Positions 56,305-56,828 of a DNA stretch of 56,828 nucleotides are shown here, one piece after another. Below the pieces are notes generated by a model that was given only the letters and a program-made list of their open reading frames with translations, made no database searches and had not been told where the DNA came from. Position numbers and translations under genes: made by a program. Within the stretch, counting starts at the first letter, position 1, and every line of letters starts with the position of its first letter. Source of the DNA: a virus (Duplodnaviria; Caudoviricetes); the IMG/VR virus record IMGVR_UViG_3300025687_000053, positions 1 to 56,828 of that record; one strand, 5' to 3'.

Positions 56305-56661
56305 ATGAAAACTGAAAAATTCTATTATGAATTAAATGGTGGGTCGTGTACCGACAAATGTCCAATTAAGCCACACATACGAATTGGCTCCTACACCTGC
56401 ACACATGGCTGCATTTATCGTGATGAGACAGGTGAGGACAATTGCGGGACGTGGTTGCGATGTAGGTGGCTTACTGGGAAAATGGTCGTTGGAAACAATA
56501 TCGACCAGCAAACGGTAGAAAAACCAGTTGACAAACGGTTTACAGTTAAGTATTGGGAGGGGCGACACCATGCCGTTACGAACAGGTTCAAACTCGCAGA
56601 AGAAATTGTTAAATTTGCTAATGAAATTAAAAACGGTAATTATGAAGAAGATGACAATTAA
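56305..56661 (+). CDS. Cys-rich hypothetical protein
   Basis: CGATAACA-ATG leader; C...CP...IGS..C...C. Confidence 0.65.
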   Translation: MKTEKFYYELNGGSCTDKCPIKPHIRIGSYTCTHGCIYRDETGEDNCGTWLRCRWLTGKMVVGNNIDQQTVEKPVDKRFTVKYWEGRHHAVTNRFKLAEEIVKFANEIKNGNYEEDDN

Positions 56662-56828
56662 AATGCAAGTGCCTGTTGATGGTGTGTTTATGATAGATAT
56701 GCCACGTAACTTTGTATTCATTGTTGATAGTTCAACGGGCTATTGTGAAGTAAAACATGGCACGGATACGCTTGACCAATGGTTGGAACCCACACCAATC
56801 TCTCTAATACAATTTGACAAGATGATGG
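56642..56828 (+). CDS. 5' part of the junction-spanning hypothetical gene
   Basis: Open frame continues into 84..326 through the terminal overlap. Confidence 0.7.
   Translation, partial: MKKMTIKMQVPVDGVFMIDMPRNFVFIVDSSTGYCEVKHGTDTLDQWLEPTPISLIQFDKMM
56703..56828 (+). repeat. Terminal overlap, right copy
   Basis: Identical to 4..129; implies a circular unit of about 56,699 bp. Confidence 0.95.

Larger units (their letters stand above)
1..56828. mobile_element. Complete tailed dsDNA bacteriophage genome (siphovirus-like, probable Bacteroidota host, probably lytic)
   Basis: Terminase, portal, capsid, tail tube, tape measure, lysis and replication modules are present in two opposed arms. The ends overlap. 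No integrase or repressor was recognised. Confidence 0.95.

Noticed and set aside
1-56828. Alternative genetic code, diversity-generating retroelement, introns/inteins, integrase
   Set aside because: Genes are full length in the standard code. No reverse transcriptase, TR/VR pair, splicing motif or recombinase was recognised by eye; small or divergent ones could have been missed.

Overview
This window is an apparently complete, circularly permuted ~56.7 kb tailed dsDNA phage genome. A 126-bp overlap joins the two ends and one gene runs across the join. The tail module is siphovirus-like. The host is very likely Bacteroidota, based on TAnnTTTG promoters and signal peptides cleaved before Gln. 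No integrase, tRNA or CRISPR array was seen. The + strand (53.9 kb, through the junction, to 26.6 kb) carries early genes and a self-sufficient replication/recombination arm: SNF2 helicase, primase, initiator plus DnaC-like loader, DnaB, UDG-fused PolA, beta-clamp, clamp loader, SSB, RecA, RuvC and a split SbcCD. It also carries a 7-deazaguanine DNA-modification cluster (queD, queE, queC, PRTase-folE, dpdA) with an extra radical SAM enzyme and a HAD enzyme. The - strand (53.7 to 26.7 kb) carries packaging, head, tail and lysis genes. Five observations stand out. (1) Four consecutive genes at the tail-fibre position all have Sec signal peptides and are densely packed with Bacteroidota O-glycosylation sequons D-(S/T)-x, suggesting exported, host-glycosylated fibres. 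(2) A short basic peptide tag (F/L/M)-x-R-T-K-(K) recurs, mostly at termini, in at least 8 unrelated proteins, alongside a recurrent acidic helical module. (3) The deazaguanine cluster has extra tailoring enzymes. (4) There is an integron-cassette-like (attC-like) gene insertion. (5) Early genes share translation-start motifs and two co-varying hairpins. All product calls come from motif recognition by eye; no database searches were run.
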